A DNA stretch of 28,682 nucleotides, taken from contig CAZOLK010000051.1 of NCBI GenBank assembly GCA_964580325.1, positions 1 through 28,682 on the forward strand, written 5' to 3'. This document shows positions 16,643 through 26,001 of the stretch, one piece after another. Origin of the DNA: an uncultured Verrucomicrobiota bacterium. GTDB taxonomy: Bacteria > Verrucomicrobiota > Kiritimatiellia > CAYTQP01 > CAZOLK01. Both the position numbers and the translations under genes were made by a program. The first letter of the stretch is position 1, and the number at the start of each line of letters is the position of its first letter. The notes beneath the pieces were generated by a model, which had not been told where the DNA came from, did no database searches, and was given only the letters and a program-made list of their open reading frames with translations.

Positions 16643-19316
16643 TTATTCTACTTTTTTACTATTCACGCGCTCCAGATCCTCTACGGCCAGGCCGCAGAGC
16701 AACGGCTCGCCTGCATGCGGAACCAACTCCACGCGCACGCCCTGGTTGTCGCGGGTGCGAACCACGACATGCTCCATGACCGCATTGCGCTCACCGTAGC
16801 GCTCGGCCAGGTCCAGATCCTTCATCACGAGCCGGCCATTGATCTGGATATCGAACACGCGCCGGCCTTCGGGATCGGCGCCAGTCTGCTCGTTAGGATC
16901 GCGGCGGCAGGCGCGCGGAAACGGTTCGGTCAGACACAAGGAAACCCGATACAGGCTGTCCGGCAGGTCGATCCGGTAGTGGCGCAAGCCGACCAGGAAG
17001 GTCTGAAAAACGGGCAACAGCTCAGTGCGGCGGATATTATGGCGCACGCCTTCGCGGATCCCGTGCCAGGCAGCCATGCTTTTCCAGACACGGTAAAAGC
17101 GTCCCTCCAGGTGGCCATAGGCGCCAGCAGCGTATGGGCGGTCCGGTGCCCATATATCGCCGGTGAGCGGGTCGTGGAAAAAGGTGCGCGACTGGCCCAG
17201 GTTGATGCACAGCTTGCGGGGCCGCTCGATCACGTTCAGTTCAAGATGATCCGGCAAGGCCTCGCACGCCGGGTCACGGCTCAACGCAAGCAGGCTGTTG
17301 CGGCCGGCGGTCAGCGGTACGTTCCAGACCGCGCACTTGTTCTCGATCCGGCGAACGCCCAGCGACTTGCCGTTATGGATCAATTCGACCTGTACGCAAT
17401 TACTGTAGACCTGGATCGGTTCCCCGGACGCCTCAGGATCGAGCCGCAAACGCTGGGGCCAATCGTGTTCGGCAATGTGGACCATGGGTTCCGGGTTCCA
17501 GTGCGCCTTGTAGAGGTAGAAGGTATCCTTGCGCCGCCGGTCGCCGGTCAACAAACCCTTGTTGTTGATGTGCTTCATGCTGTCGCCAATGGAATTGCGC
17601 TGGAAATCGACCAGAGTCCAAATAAACATGCCGGCGATCCAGGGCCGGGTTTCGACAGCGGCCAGGTAGGCCTTGTGAAAGCGGTCGGCATGCTCGGGGG
17701 TCATGTCGTATAGGGTCGGTTCGTGGGTATGAACGCGCGTATCCGTACCAGCGCCAAACTCAGCGATCAGGTAGGGCCGGCGCGGAGCGTACGTACGTGT
17801 CTGGGCCAGAATTTCCGGCAGACGCTCGATGGACCCGTGGTACCAGCCGAAATAAAGGTTCCAGCCGTTGAAATCGTTGATTTCCGTCAACCCGGCCTCG
17901 GCGTTCCATTGCGGATTGGGATCGGTATGGAAATCGTTGGCGGTCAGCCGATACGGGTCCAGTTCCTTGATCAGCGTCTCCATGCCGGCCATCAACTCGC
18001 GCACTTCGTGAAAATGGCGCTGGAGCCGGCCCGGGTGCTGGGGTTTGGGCCAGAACCAATCGGCGTCGCCCAACGGTTCGCAGGCGTAACCCCACATAAT
18101 CACCGCGGGGTGGTTGTAGAGCTGGAGCACCATCTCGCGCAACGTCTGATGGTATCGGTCGCGAAACTCGGGCGCCATGGAGACACGGTCCATAATCACG
18201 GATTTGACCCAGCACATCACACCGAGGCGATCACAGGAATCGTAGATTTCGCCGGCCAGCGGGTAATGGCCGCGCATGGCATTGGCGCCCAGCGCTTTGA
18301 TTTCACATACATCGTTGTGCAGCACCTCATAGGGCACGGCATAACCCAGGCCAGCGTAATCCTGATGCCGACCGATGCCGCGTAGGAAACAGCGCTCGCC
18401 ATTGAGGAAAAAGCCCTGTTCCACATCGACGCTGAACGCACGAAACCCGAGCGGAGTGGACAGTTCATCCAGCACATCGCCTGTTTCGCTGTCCAGGATG
18501 CGATGCAGCACGCAATAGACATAGGGATGATCGGGCGACCAGGGGTGAGGGTCGGGCACGGAGTCGGATACGGCGCAGGTCAGGATTTGGGCGCCGGCTT
18601 CGAGGACCAGGGTTTGCTGCAGAGCCGTCACGCTTTTGCCCTCTGCGTCGCACACTTCGCTCCGCACGACCAGGGTGCGATCAACCGCGCTTTCATTGAC
18701 CAGCCGGGCGCGTACGCGCACCGGTGCATGACCAGGCGCAAAGTCGGGCGTATCGACCAGCACGCCGCACGATCCGCAATGCATCATATCAAAATGAACC
18801 AAGCCGGTACGCACCAGGTGGACATAGCGGTACAGGCCGCCGAAATGGCCCAGGTCGCCGCCCAGCGGGGCCACCTCTTCGTTGTGTGCATTGCTCAAAC
18901 GCACGTTGAGCAGGTTGGCGTCGCCGACATGGGCCAGGTGGGTGATATCGACGCAGAACCCGGTGAAACCACCGTAATGGCGACCGGCCTCGCCGCGGTT
19001 GAGATAAACCACGGCATCCTGGTTGGCGCCGTCAAAATAGAGGTAAAGTTTGCCTTCCAGGTCCTCGGGTTGCAGGTGCAGTTCCTTTTCGTACCAAGCT
19101 TCACCACGGTAATACGCGAGCCTGGACCCGCCACCATAGCCGGCAAAAGCGCCACATGCGTCATCGCCGGATGGTGGTGCATCGCGCTCATCGGCGATCA
19201 GGTCGCGGGCGTTCCAGGTATGCGGCAGATTGACGATCTCCCAGGCAGGCGGATCGCGATCCGCTTTGGCAAAACGCCAGCCGCTGTTCAAGGTCTGCTT
19301 ACTTCTCACATTCGGC
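16643..19316 (-). CDS. Glycoside hydrolase family 2 protein (beta-galactosidase/beta-glucuronidase-like), cytoplasmic, with an extra C-terminal domain
   Basis: The GH2 N-terminal sugar-binding region reads LNSGWRFAKAD...WEIVNLPHTWNARDL. The central TIM-barrel region contains NAMRGHYP and MWGYACEP. The start was taken at MPNVRSK, which has GAGGAG 8 nt upstream; the 53-codon N-terminal extension in the ORF track is unlikely. Confidence 0.8.
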
Positions 19317-19919
19317 ATCGATAACTCCTCAAGCTGGTTACAACCTAATAGCCCACAGAAAAATATCATGCCATTTTGAGGGCCAACTATCCCATCCAGC
19401 GGCGTTGCAAAAACTCGAAATATTCCAATATTCCTGCGTTTTTGCGCCTTGTTGGACTGGGCAACTTGACTCCACAAAATTCATCTTATTTTCCCGTAAA
19501 CCATAAAGTCACCATCATGCGTCAACAATTCACAAACTTCTACCGCGATTCTGCAGTTTTTTGCGCAGAATACGCAAATTCTTAAATTGCGGATTTTATC
19601 TTGCCACCCGCGACTTGACATACGGCTGATGCCTATTGCACTTCTACCAGCTTCGATGCGCAGGGACGCCTGCTGCTTTCGCTTGAGGTGGACGGCGCTT
19701 TCCAACTCTGCCGCATGGACCACCGCAACGGTAACGACCTGGTTGGCGTAAACCTGGAAAACGAGACCCATGTTTTATTCAGCCCGCCGGAAGCTTCTCA
19801 CACGATGGACAACTGGTGCTGTTCACTTCGGATTGCGAAGGATCGCCGAGTCCGTTTTTGGTGGAGCTTTAGGGGAACCCCACTTGTTATCGGCCAGGGC
19901 ACTGATATTTTTCATTGCC

Positions 19920-20040
19920 TGTGACAACGAAACTGCCGTGGAGATGTCGGATTACGTTCGTAGTCCAGGCTTTAGCCTGCTGAATGCTTCGTGCCTGCAA
20001 ACAACAGAAAATCCACGGCAGTTTCGTTGTCATAGCATCT
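19920..20040. repeat. Perfect 21-bp inverted repeat (arms 19920-19940 and 20020-20040) around a 79-bp spacer, in a low-GC non-coding stretch
   Basis: TGACAACGAAACTGCCGTGGA and its exact reverse complement TCCACGGCAGTTTCGTTGTCA. The spacer contains the small hairpin CCAGGCTTTAGCCTG. Confidence 0.85.
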
Positions 20041-20267
20041 TGCCCCTGAACTTCCGGAAGCAAAGGCCTGCTAGAAGATATTTTGCGAATTTTTCGGGGA
20101 ATTTGTCGCCGACAAGCAGCGTCAAAAAGAGTGGCATTTTTCCCCTTTTGGCAAATCACAAGGACTGCCGACTGTACGCTGCTTCCCTTGGGGCCTTAGG
20201 CAATTCAACATACCTTCGCCTTGTATTGTCCAACTCCCAATTCGCAACTCCTTCCTTCCCCAATCGG

Positions 20268-21056
20268 CTAAACTTCAAGCACGCAGATGGCCTTGGCATG
20301 ACGGATGTGCAGAGCCATGCTTTCGCTGATGAAGAATTCGAATTCCGTGGCTGATGGGCCGATATAGCCGATGCTCATGTCCTGACCGACCACAATCATG
20401 ACATAGGGTTTGCCGGTGGCGACCAACACGCCGCCTTTTTCCAGGTAAGGAGCCTTGACAATGCCGTCGGTCACCATGGTTTTCAGGTGTTCCAACTCGC
20501 TGGGGCCATTGCTGTACAGGCGATAGAGCTTGTTGTACAGGTTTGGCGCCAGGGCCAGGGCGAACGGGCCGAAAACGCCGGTTTCATCCATGGCGGTCAG
20601 GGCCTTGATCACGTCTTCGGACGCCATGCCAACGCTTTTCCAGTCCTGGCACTTGATCTTTTGCACGCCCTTGACTTTGAGCAGGCCCGGCGCATTGTCC
20701 GTACCTTTGAAAATCAGCATTTCTTCCCTGGTCGCAGCCTCACGGGTGGCTTTGGCCACGGCAGAGGCCGGGAAATTGAGGCCATCGTGCTCAAAAGCAG
20801 CGATATCGCGTTGATTCAGGCTGAAATTGACCCGAAATTCGATCAAGGGCAGAAAGCCGGGTACGCTGAGGCCGTCTTCGCCGATTTTGTCGGCCAAAGG
20901 TACACCTTTGACGCCCACACCGAGCGGTCCTTGCAGATGCAACAGCTTGCGACCGGTCAGAAGGGCGTTGGCGTTTTGGATCATGATCTTATCCATACGC
21001 TCCCAGATGGCAGAATCAAAGGGCGCGTCGTCGCGAAACAGATATTTATTCGACAT
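20268..21056 (-). CDS. Family 1 encapsulin shell protein (linocin M18-like, HK97 fold)
   Basis: The 262-aa protein resembles the T. maritima encapsulin along its length, including the conserved GQDMSIGY segment (GQDLSIGY in T. maritima). Confidence 0.8.
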   Translation of the reverse strand: MSNKYLFRDDAPFDSAIWERMDKIMIQNANALLTGRKLLHLQGPLGVGVKGVPLADKIGEDGLSVPGFLPLIEFRVNFSLNQRDIAAFEHDGLNFPASAVAKATREAATREEMLIFKGTDNAPGLLKVKGVQKIKCQDWKSVGMASEDVIKALTAMDETGVFGPFALALAPNLYNKLYRLYSNGPSELEHLKTMVTDGIVKAPYLEKGGVLVATGKPYVMIVVGQDMSIGYIGPSATEFEFFISESMALHIRHAKAICVLEV

Positions 21057-21082
21057 GTAAATTCTCCGGAATAGGTTGTGAT

Positions 21083-21475
21083 TTATTTAAGGGAACCGAT
21101 GGTGGGCGAAGTGCCGCCATCGTCGTCGATTTCTTGGCCCGCTTCGGCTTCCACGCTTTCCGCAGCGGCGGCACCTGTGAGTTTAGCGATCTCTTCCTCG
21201 ACTTCCGCGGCGCCTTCTTTCAGGTATTGCTCCTCGTCGCCGGTCAAATATTGCAGCAGCCGCATGAATTCACCAGCATGCACGCGCTCTTCGTTGGCCA
21301 CGTCGCGCAGAACCTCTTTGGCCACCGGATCGTCCGTGGCGTCGGCCTGGGCAGTGTACAAGTGAACAGCCTCGTGCTCCGCGGCAAGGGATATGCGAAC
21401 CGCACGGATCAACTCTTCCTTCGTCATTTTCCTTTCCGGAACCATACCGGAAAAAGGGTTTGAAAACTCAGCCAT
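21083..21475 (-). CDS. Encapsulated ferritin-like cargo protein (EncFtn) with C-terminal encapsulin targeting peptide
   Basis: The EncFtn-like di-iron motifs are AAEHEAVHLY and ERVHAGEF. The C-terminus GGTSPTIGSLK matches the encapsulin cargo-loading peptide consensus. The start was taken at MAEFSNPF, which has GAGGAG upstream. The gene lies immediately upstream of the shell gene. Confidence 0.75.
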   Translation of the reverse strand: MAEFSNPFSGMVPERKMTKEELIRAVRISLAAEHEAVHLYTAQADATDDPVAKEVLRDVANEERVHAGEFMRLLQYLTGDEEQYLKEGAAEVEEEIAKLTGAAAAESVEAEAGQEIDDDGGTSPTIGSLK

Positions 21476-21730
21476 GTTATCGCTCCTCATGTTAGCAGGT
21501 CCATTGAAGCAATGTAAAACAACACAGCCTTGCCCCACAATAAAAAAAGCAGTTTTCCTTGAATCGGGCGTAACAGGAGGGAGCAGAAGGGAGGGTGCAG
21601 GGTGAAACGTGACCATCGAGGCGGTCGCGCACGGCACGCTACGCTACGTCAGAACTCGGACATCATCATGGTCTGTGAAATCCGCAATTGCAGAGCGCGA
21701 ATTGCGCGACATGGCCATAGCCAAGGGCAG

Positions 21731-21761
21731 TTGGCCGTAATCGTCGCCCGTAATCGTTCAC
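21731..21761. repeat. 31-bp element, right copy of the inverted repeat pair (partner at 11822-11852)
   Basis: TTGGCCGTAATCGTCGCCCGTAATCGTTCAC matches the reverse complement of 11822-11852 at 30 of 31 positions. Confidence 0.85.
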
Positions 21762-21992
21762 CGGGTGTTCTTGGTTAGAAGCCGTCGCCCCCTCCCTCCC
21801 CCTCCCGTGAACGGTTACGAATGCCTTTATATTCATGCGCGTCCATTTGCGTTCATTCGCGTTTCCCCTCAAGTATGGCCCTGGTTTGTTGGCCCACTTT
21901 TTTATGTTGTGCGTACACTTGGGGATGACAATCTATAGTCATTCGTCCTGACGGATGCTGGCCCGGCATGACGCACAAGACGTTTTATCCTA

Positions 21993-23894
21993 TCAAGACG
22001 ACGGCGCCAGGGTATACGCACCCGGCGCCAACACGCCGTCCTCGCCTTGCCAGTTCCGCTCGCCGAAATTGACGGTCACGTGCGCGCCAGAAGCATACGT
22101 GCTGCGCTCCACGGTGCGGTCGTCGTCCAAAAACGCATGATCGACCATGGCCTCGCCGCCGATGCGCTGCATCCAGGCGTCGAACTCTGAGCAGGCCCCC
22201 ACCATAGGACGGATTCGCGACCAGTTGACGGCAGTGACACGAATATGGGTCAGGTGCAGGCCATTGACCAGCAATGCCAGCATGCCTCGTTGAAAACGGG
22301 ACATGTCATCCGGCTGGGGCGGCCGTGCATCGTGCGGGTCCAGCCCGAGCGCCGCGCTGAAACCGAGATGCGCATCGTGGAAGACAAGCGCCCACAACGG
22401 CACGCTGACACCCGTGGTATGACGGCTGGGATTTGGCGCCCAGTCGACCACGGGCACGCCGAAATCGCAACCCACTTCGCTGCCCGTGATCAACCCCTGG
22501 TGCGCGAGATAACCGAGCATCGCGGTCCTGTGGGCCTCGTCCTCGGCGCGGGTCATGCGGTGATCCGGGTCATGGTTCTCGTAGAGCTGAACCGCGTTGT
22601 TGGTATCGAGATAAACCGCGCGCACGCCATGGGCCAAGTAGTGGGCCACGTTCTGCTTCATCTTGTTCATGACCTGACCGTAATCCAGCAACTGGCACTG
22701 GCCGCCGGACCAGATACCGCCGCGCAACCGCGTGCCGTCAGCGCGCAGCAGGATGCCGTGCGGGTAACTGGGCGACTGACGGTAAATATCGGCGTAGTTA
22801 TCGAGTAAACCGGGTACGACCGGATCAGGCATGCGCACGAGCGCCTCGAAATCGGCAACGCTGCCCAGGGCCGGTTCCGGCGGCCAGGCGTCGGGAAACT
22901 GGTCGTCCCAACCGCCATGCGACCAGCCGGGCAACTGGGCCAGCCCCCTATACCAGCCGGCCTTGTGCGCATCTTCCAGAATCTCGCGCGCCTGGTTGAA
23001 CGTGGTCGCAACATACGGGCCATCCGGCTCACTCGCCGCCCAATCCGGCACGGGCTGCCACTGGTTCTCATAAGTGGCGCGATAGTGCGGTTTGGACAGC
23101 AGAATCGATATTTTGCGGCCGCCGATCAGGTTAGCCAAATGCGGACGGGTTTCGGTCTTGTCGGCCAGCGATACGAACAGACCGTTATCCATGGCCCATT
23201 GACGAAAAGCGGCGGCCATGCCCACATAACCGTCGCGGGTGAAAACATAGCGCACGATACGTTGTCCGCGCCATTGGCCCAACGACTTCAACCAGACTGG
23301 CGCGGTCGCGCAGCCGGCATGCATGACGCCAGCATCGGCATGGCCGCGATGCATGATCGCGACCCAACCGCGACCAGTCGCCTCGTCCACGATCCCGCCA
23401 AACCAACGCATGCGCAGGTCATGCCCGTAAAAACGGTGGATACGGCGGCAGAAGTTGGGCAAAGGCTCGCGCAGCCACTCACCCGTACCGCACGGCAGCA
23501 CCAGGCTGGCGGATGCCACGGGCGTCGGAAAACAGAGCGAAGGCAGGCTTTCGTCCACCTCGTCCAGGATCACGTCTAGGCCTTCGGGATTTAAGGCATA
23601 ATGCGCCGAAAACGCACCACGTGCGACGCCGTCTTCGTCGAGTACCTGCCAGCGCACACGATCCGGACCAACGGCCTGACCATGGAAACGGCAAGCGTAC
23701 TGCTCGCCGATCAGCCGGTCGATACGATGCCAGCACAGCCCGTTCTCGATGGGTCCGTCCTCCTGCAGCCCCACACGACCAAACGCGAAACGTGTCCCAT
23801 CCTCGCGGGCAACCCAGACCGCCGAGCCATCCTCGCGCACCATCAACGCGCCCGCGCCGTTCTCCATAGATACTATTTGTCCTGCTTCCTTCAT
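21993..23894 (-). CDS. Putative glycoside hydrolase-like protein (633 aa, family uncertain)
   Basis: The ORF is a long cytoplasmic protein with a good RBS (AAGGAG). Its aromatic-rich segments (PGWSHGGWDDQFPDAWPP, YLDTNNA) suggest a carbohydrate-active TIM-barrel enzyme. The family assignment is not secure without a search. Confidence 0.4.
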   Translation of the reverse strand: MKEAGQIVSMENGAGALMVREDGSAVWVAREDGTRFAFGRVGLQEDGPIENGLCWHRIDRLIGEQYACRFHGQAVGPDRVRWQVLDEDGVARGAFSAHYALNPEGLDVILDEVDESLPSLCFPTPVASASLVLPCGTGEWLREPLPNFCRRIHRFYGHDLRMRWFGGIVDEATGRGWVAIMHRGHADAGVMHAGCATAPVWLKSLGQWRGQRIVRYVFTRDGYVGMAAAFRQWAMDNGLFVSLADKTETRPHLANLIGGRKISILLSKPHYRATYENQWQPVPDWAASEPDGPYVATTFNQAREILEDAHKAGWYRGLAQLPGWSHGGWDDQFPDAWPPEPALGSVADFEALVRMPDPVVPGLLDNYADIYRQSPSYPHGILLRADGTRLRGGIWSGGQCQLLDYGQVMNKMKQNVAHYLAHGVRAVYLDTNNAVQLYENHDPDHRMTRAEDEAHRTAMLGYLAHQGLITGSEVGCDFGVPVVDWAPNPSRHTTGVSVPLWALVFHDAHLGFSAALGLDPHDARPPQPDDMSRFQRGMLALLVNGLHLTHIRVTAVNWSRIRPMVGACSEFDAWMQRIGGEAMVDHAFLDDDRTVERSTYASGAHVTVNFGERNWQGEDGVLAPGAYTLAPSS

Positions 23895-23910
23895 CTGCCT
23901 GCTCCTTCTT

Positions 23911-24846
23911 TTACCTGTTCTCGATTAACATCATACAGCAGCAGAACCAGTCCATGAAAAAGTCGTCCATGGCAAGGTGGGAAGGCTTAAGGACCGCGCC
24001 CATGAAAAAATTATCGTTGAACCGCGCACCTACACCCTCCAGATCGAGCATGAACTGGATCATCTTTTTGCTAAAACTCATGTTCACATCCCAGATCAAC
24101 CCTGTTTTTCCACCCTTTTTTATGAGCGCCTCCACCTTATCGAGAAAACGTTTTTTGAAATGCTCGTAGGATTCGTCCTTCAATGGAAGCTGGCAATCGT
24201 ACACGATACCGTGCCATTCGGCGATGGCGACCGGACCGTACTGGTAGTTGTTCTGGTATATAGGCCGCGGATCTATGCGAATGTAATGGAAGCTGAGCAA
24301 ACGATCCGCGCCGCGTGCGATCAGGTGTTCGGCCATGGACTGGTAACAGCCGAACAGGTTATAGGCGATCATATCGCACGGCAGATTGACCTGGCCCACG
24401 GAAATGAGCACGAACGGTTTGCCGCGGGCCAGCAGCAAGGCTGCATCAGCCTGGGGCATGGCAGCGGCGGCATAGACGACAAGGCCATCATACGCCCGGG
24501 GCGCGGGCTGGTCAAAGTAGGCGGGAAAAGCCTTGTGCCAATCATCACCCAAGTGATCCATAAAACAAGTGGCACCCAAAAGATCCAGCACTTCGCGGAT
24601 CCCATCCCGGATGCCGCCGGCCAGCGGGTCAGCACGAGTATCCGCTTGCCGGCCAGGAAAGGCCCGTCCTGTGCAGCGCGTAGACGAGGGCCGACCGCAA
24701 ATACGCCCCAGTCGATTTTTTTCCAACACGCCCAAGGTGGTCAAACGGGCCAACAGGCGGCTCAACGCGGCGTGCGGCAGGTCGAGCACTTCACCGAATT
24801 TGGCTGATTTCACCGACCCAGCACTCTTGAGCGCCTTTTCAATCAT
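23911..24846 (-). CDS. Transcriptional regulator with N-terminal winged-HTH and C-terminal periplasmic-binding-protein-like (LacI-core-like) sugar-binding domain
   Basis: The N-terminus FGEVLDLPHAALSRLLARLTTLGVLEKNRLGR resembles a wHTH. The C-terminus PFVLISVGQVNLPCDMIAYNLFGCYQSMAEHLIARGADRLLSFHY resembles the LacI/GalR ligand-binding core. The stop lies 17 nt upstream of the GH-like gene. Confidence 0.5.
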   Translation of the reverse strand: MIEKALKSAGSVKSAKFGEVLDLPHAALSRLLARLTTLGVLEKNRLGRICGRPSSTRCTGRAFPGRQADTRADPLAGGIRDGIREVLDLLGATCFMDHLGDDWHKAFPAYFDQPAPRAYDGLVVYAAAAMPQADAALLLARGKPFVLISVGQVNLPCDMIAYNLFGCYQSMAEHLIARGADRLLSFHYIRIDPRPIYQNNYQYGPVAIAEWHGIVYDCQLPLKDESYEHFKKRFLDKVEALIKKGGKTGLIWDVNMSFSKKMIQFMLDLEGVGARFNDNFFMGAVLKPSHLAMDDFFMDWFCCCMMLIENR

Positions 24847-25233
24847 GCTCAGTTCTGCTCAGTTCTTTTTCTGTCATTTCACGGCCTCTCGCTGATGTTC
24901 ATACGTGGAGCCATCGACTTTGCAAGGTTGCCAGGCCCATCGTCATTATGCCTGCCTCAACCCGAGACGCGACGACTCGCGGAGGTGAAGCGGTACTTGA
25001 TTTATCGGCGCCTGGCACAAGCAAGGACCGGGGGTTTTTCGCTGTCAGCGGGACTGCACCCCAAGCGATCATGCTTTGCGAAGCGGCTATTGACGCGCCC
25101 GGCGTCCACGAAGTCACCGACACCGGAACCATCTTTCCCAATGCCGGCATCAGGCATTTGGCAATCCGGCGCTGGCATTGGTGCATTAACGCGGCTGCCA
25201 TGGCCAGCCGTAGCGCGTGCCGCGAACAGCCGC

Positions 25234-25740
25234 TCATAACGGGTTCCTCTCGTCGACCTCCCGGGCAAAGTCGAACAGGAACGCGATCTGCGACTTGGTT
25301 TCAACGGCAGCCGGTTCGGCCTGGCGTACCTGTGCGACAGCCTTCTCGACCGAAGATCCCTGCTGGATCAGGTAGGCGGCCAGGATAGTGCCTGTCCTGC
25401 CGATGCCGCCATGGCAGTGAACAGCCACAGCTTTGGGCGCCTGGCGGATGAAGTCCAGAATCGCGAAAGCCTGTTCGATTTCCGGTGGATGAAAATCGGG
25501 GATCGGGTTGGCCGTGAAAGCGAAACCCGCAGCTTCGTACACGGGTGCGTCAGTGGGAATGTTGAGCAAACAGACGACGGAGCGAATGCCCGCTTCGTAT
25601 AAAACGGGAAGGTCGTCGTTAAAAGCCGTCAAGCCGGCGTCGTGCTGCATACGGCGCTCAGGATGAACAAAAGGCATGGGCATGCCGACCAATTCGCCCG
25701 GCAGCAGCCACCACAACAAGTATTCAGCAGGATGTGCCAT
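25234..25740 (-). CDS. Protein-tyrosine/dual-specificity phosphatase-family protein (CX5R active site)
   Basis: The active-site motif VHCHGGIGRTGT (HCxxGxxR) is present in a 168-aa protein with no signal peptide. Confidence 0.7.
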   Translation of the reverse strand: MAHPAEYLLWWLLPGELVGMPMPFVHPERRMQHDAGLTAFNDDLPVLYEAGIRSVVCLLNIPTDAPVYEAAGFAFTANPIPDFHPPEIEQAFAILDFIRQAPKAVAVHCHGGIGRTGTILAAYLIQQGSSVEKAVAQVRQAEPAAVETKSQIAFLFDFAREVDERNPL

Positions 25741-25870
25741 GATCAGGGTTGCTCCTAAGAAAGATTTAAACGCCAGCTAGAAATAGGCCCGATTACATAT
25801 TATGTCAACGCTGTTCTTATATTCCTGCAAATTCGCGTCTTTCCGACTGGGCGACTTACCTCTACAATGG

Positions 25871-25936
25871 CGAAGTTGTTTCTGCGCGAAGTTGTTTCTG
25901 CGCACGCCCTAAGTAAGCGTCAAACAACCTTTGACG
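25871..25936. promoter_or_regulatory. 16-bp exact tandem repeat (CGAAGTTGTTTCTGCG x2, 25871-25902) followed by the 7-5-7 palindrome CGTCAAAcaaccTTTGACG (25918-25936), upstream of the beta-helix gene
   Basis: Both motifs are read directly from the divergent intergenic region between the phosphatase gene and the gene starting at 26002. Confidence 0.5.
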
Positions 25937-26001
25937 TTGCCCATACCTATGAATTAAACTCGGCGAAAATTTACCGTGTGTCCAAATGAACGGAGTATCG
26001 C

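Noticed and set aside
16632-16657. 13-bp tandem repeat ATTCTACTTTTTT x2 spanning the GH2 stop codon
   Set aside because: It is low-complexity T-rich sequence in a 26-bp intergenic spacer that also supplies the AAGGA RBS of the next gene. It is too short to argue function beyond spacer or RBS context.
19481-20354. Short ORFs (78-194 aa) in the low-GC stretch, including one overlapping the encapsulin gene antisense
   Set aside because: They have no RBS, no motifs and odd composition, and they overlap each other. The region is better explained as non-coding.
24847-25233. GC-rich 390-bp gap between the regulator and the phosphatase, with several overlapping 100-150-aa ORFs on both strands
   Set aside because: The translations are low-complexity (Arg/Pro/Ala/Ser-rich), mutually overlapping and motif-free. 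The gap more likely holds a promoter or leader region, and no gene was called.
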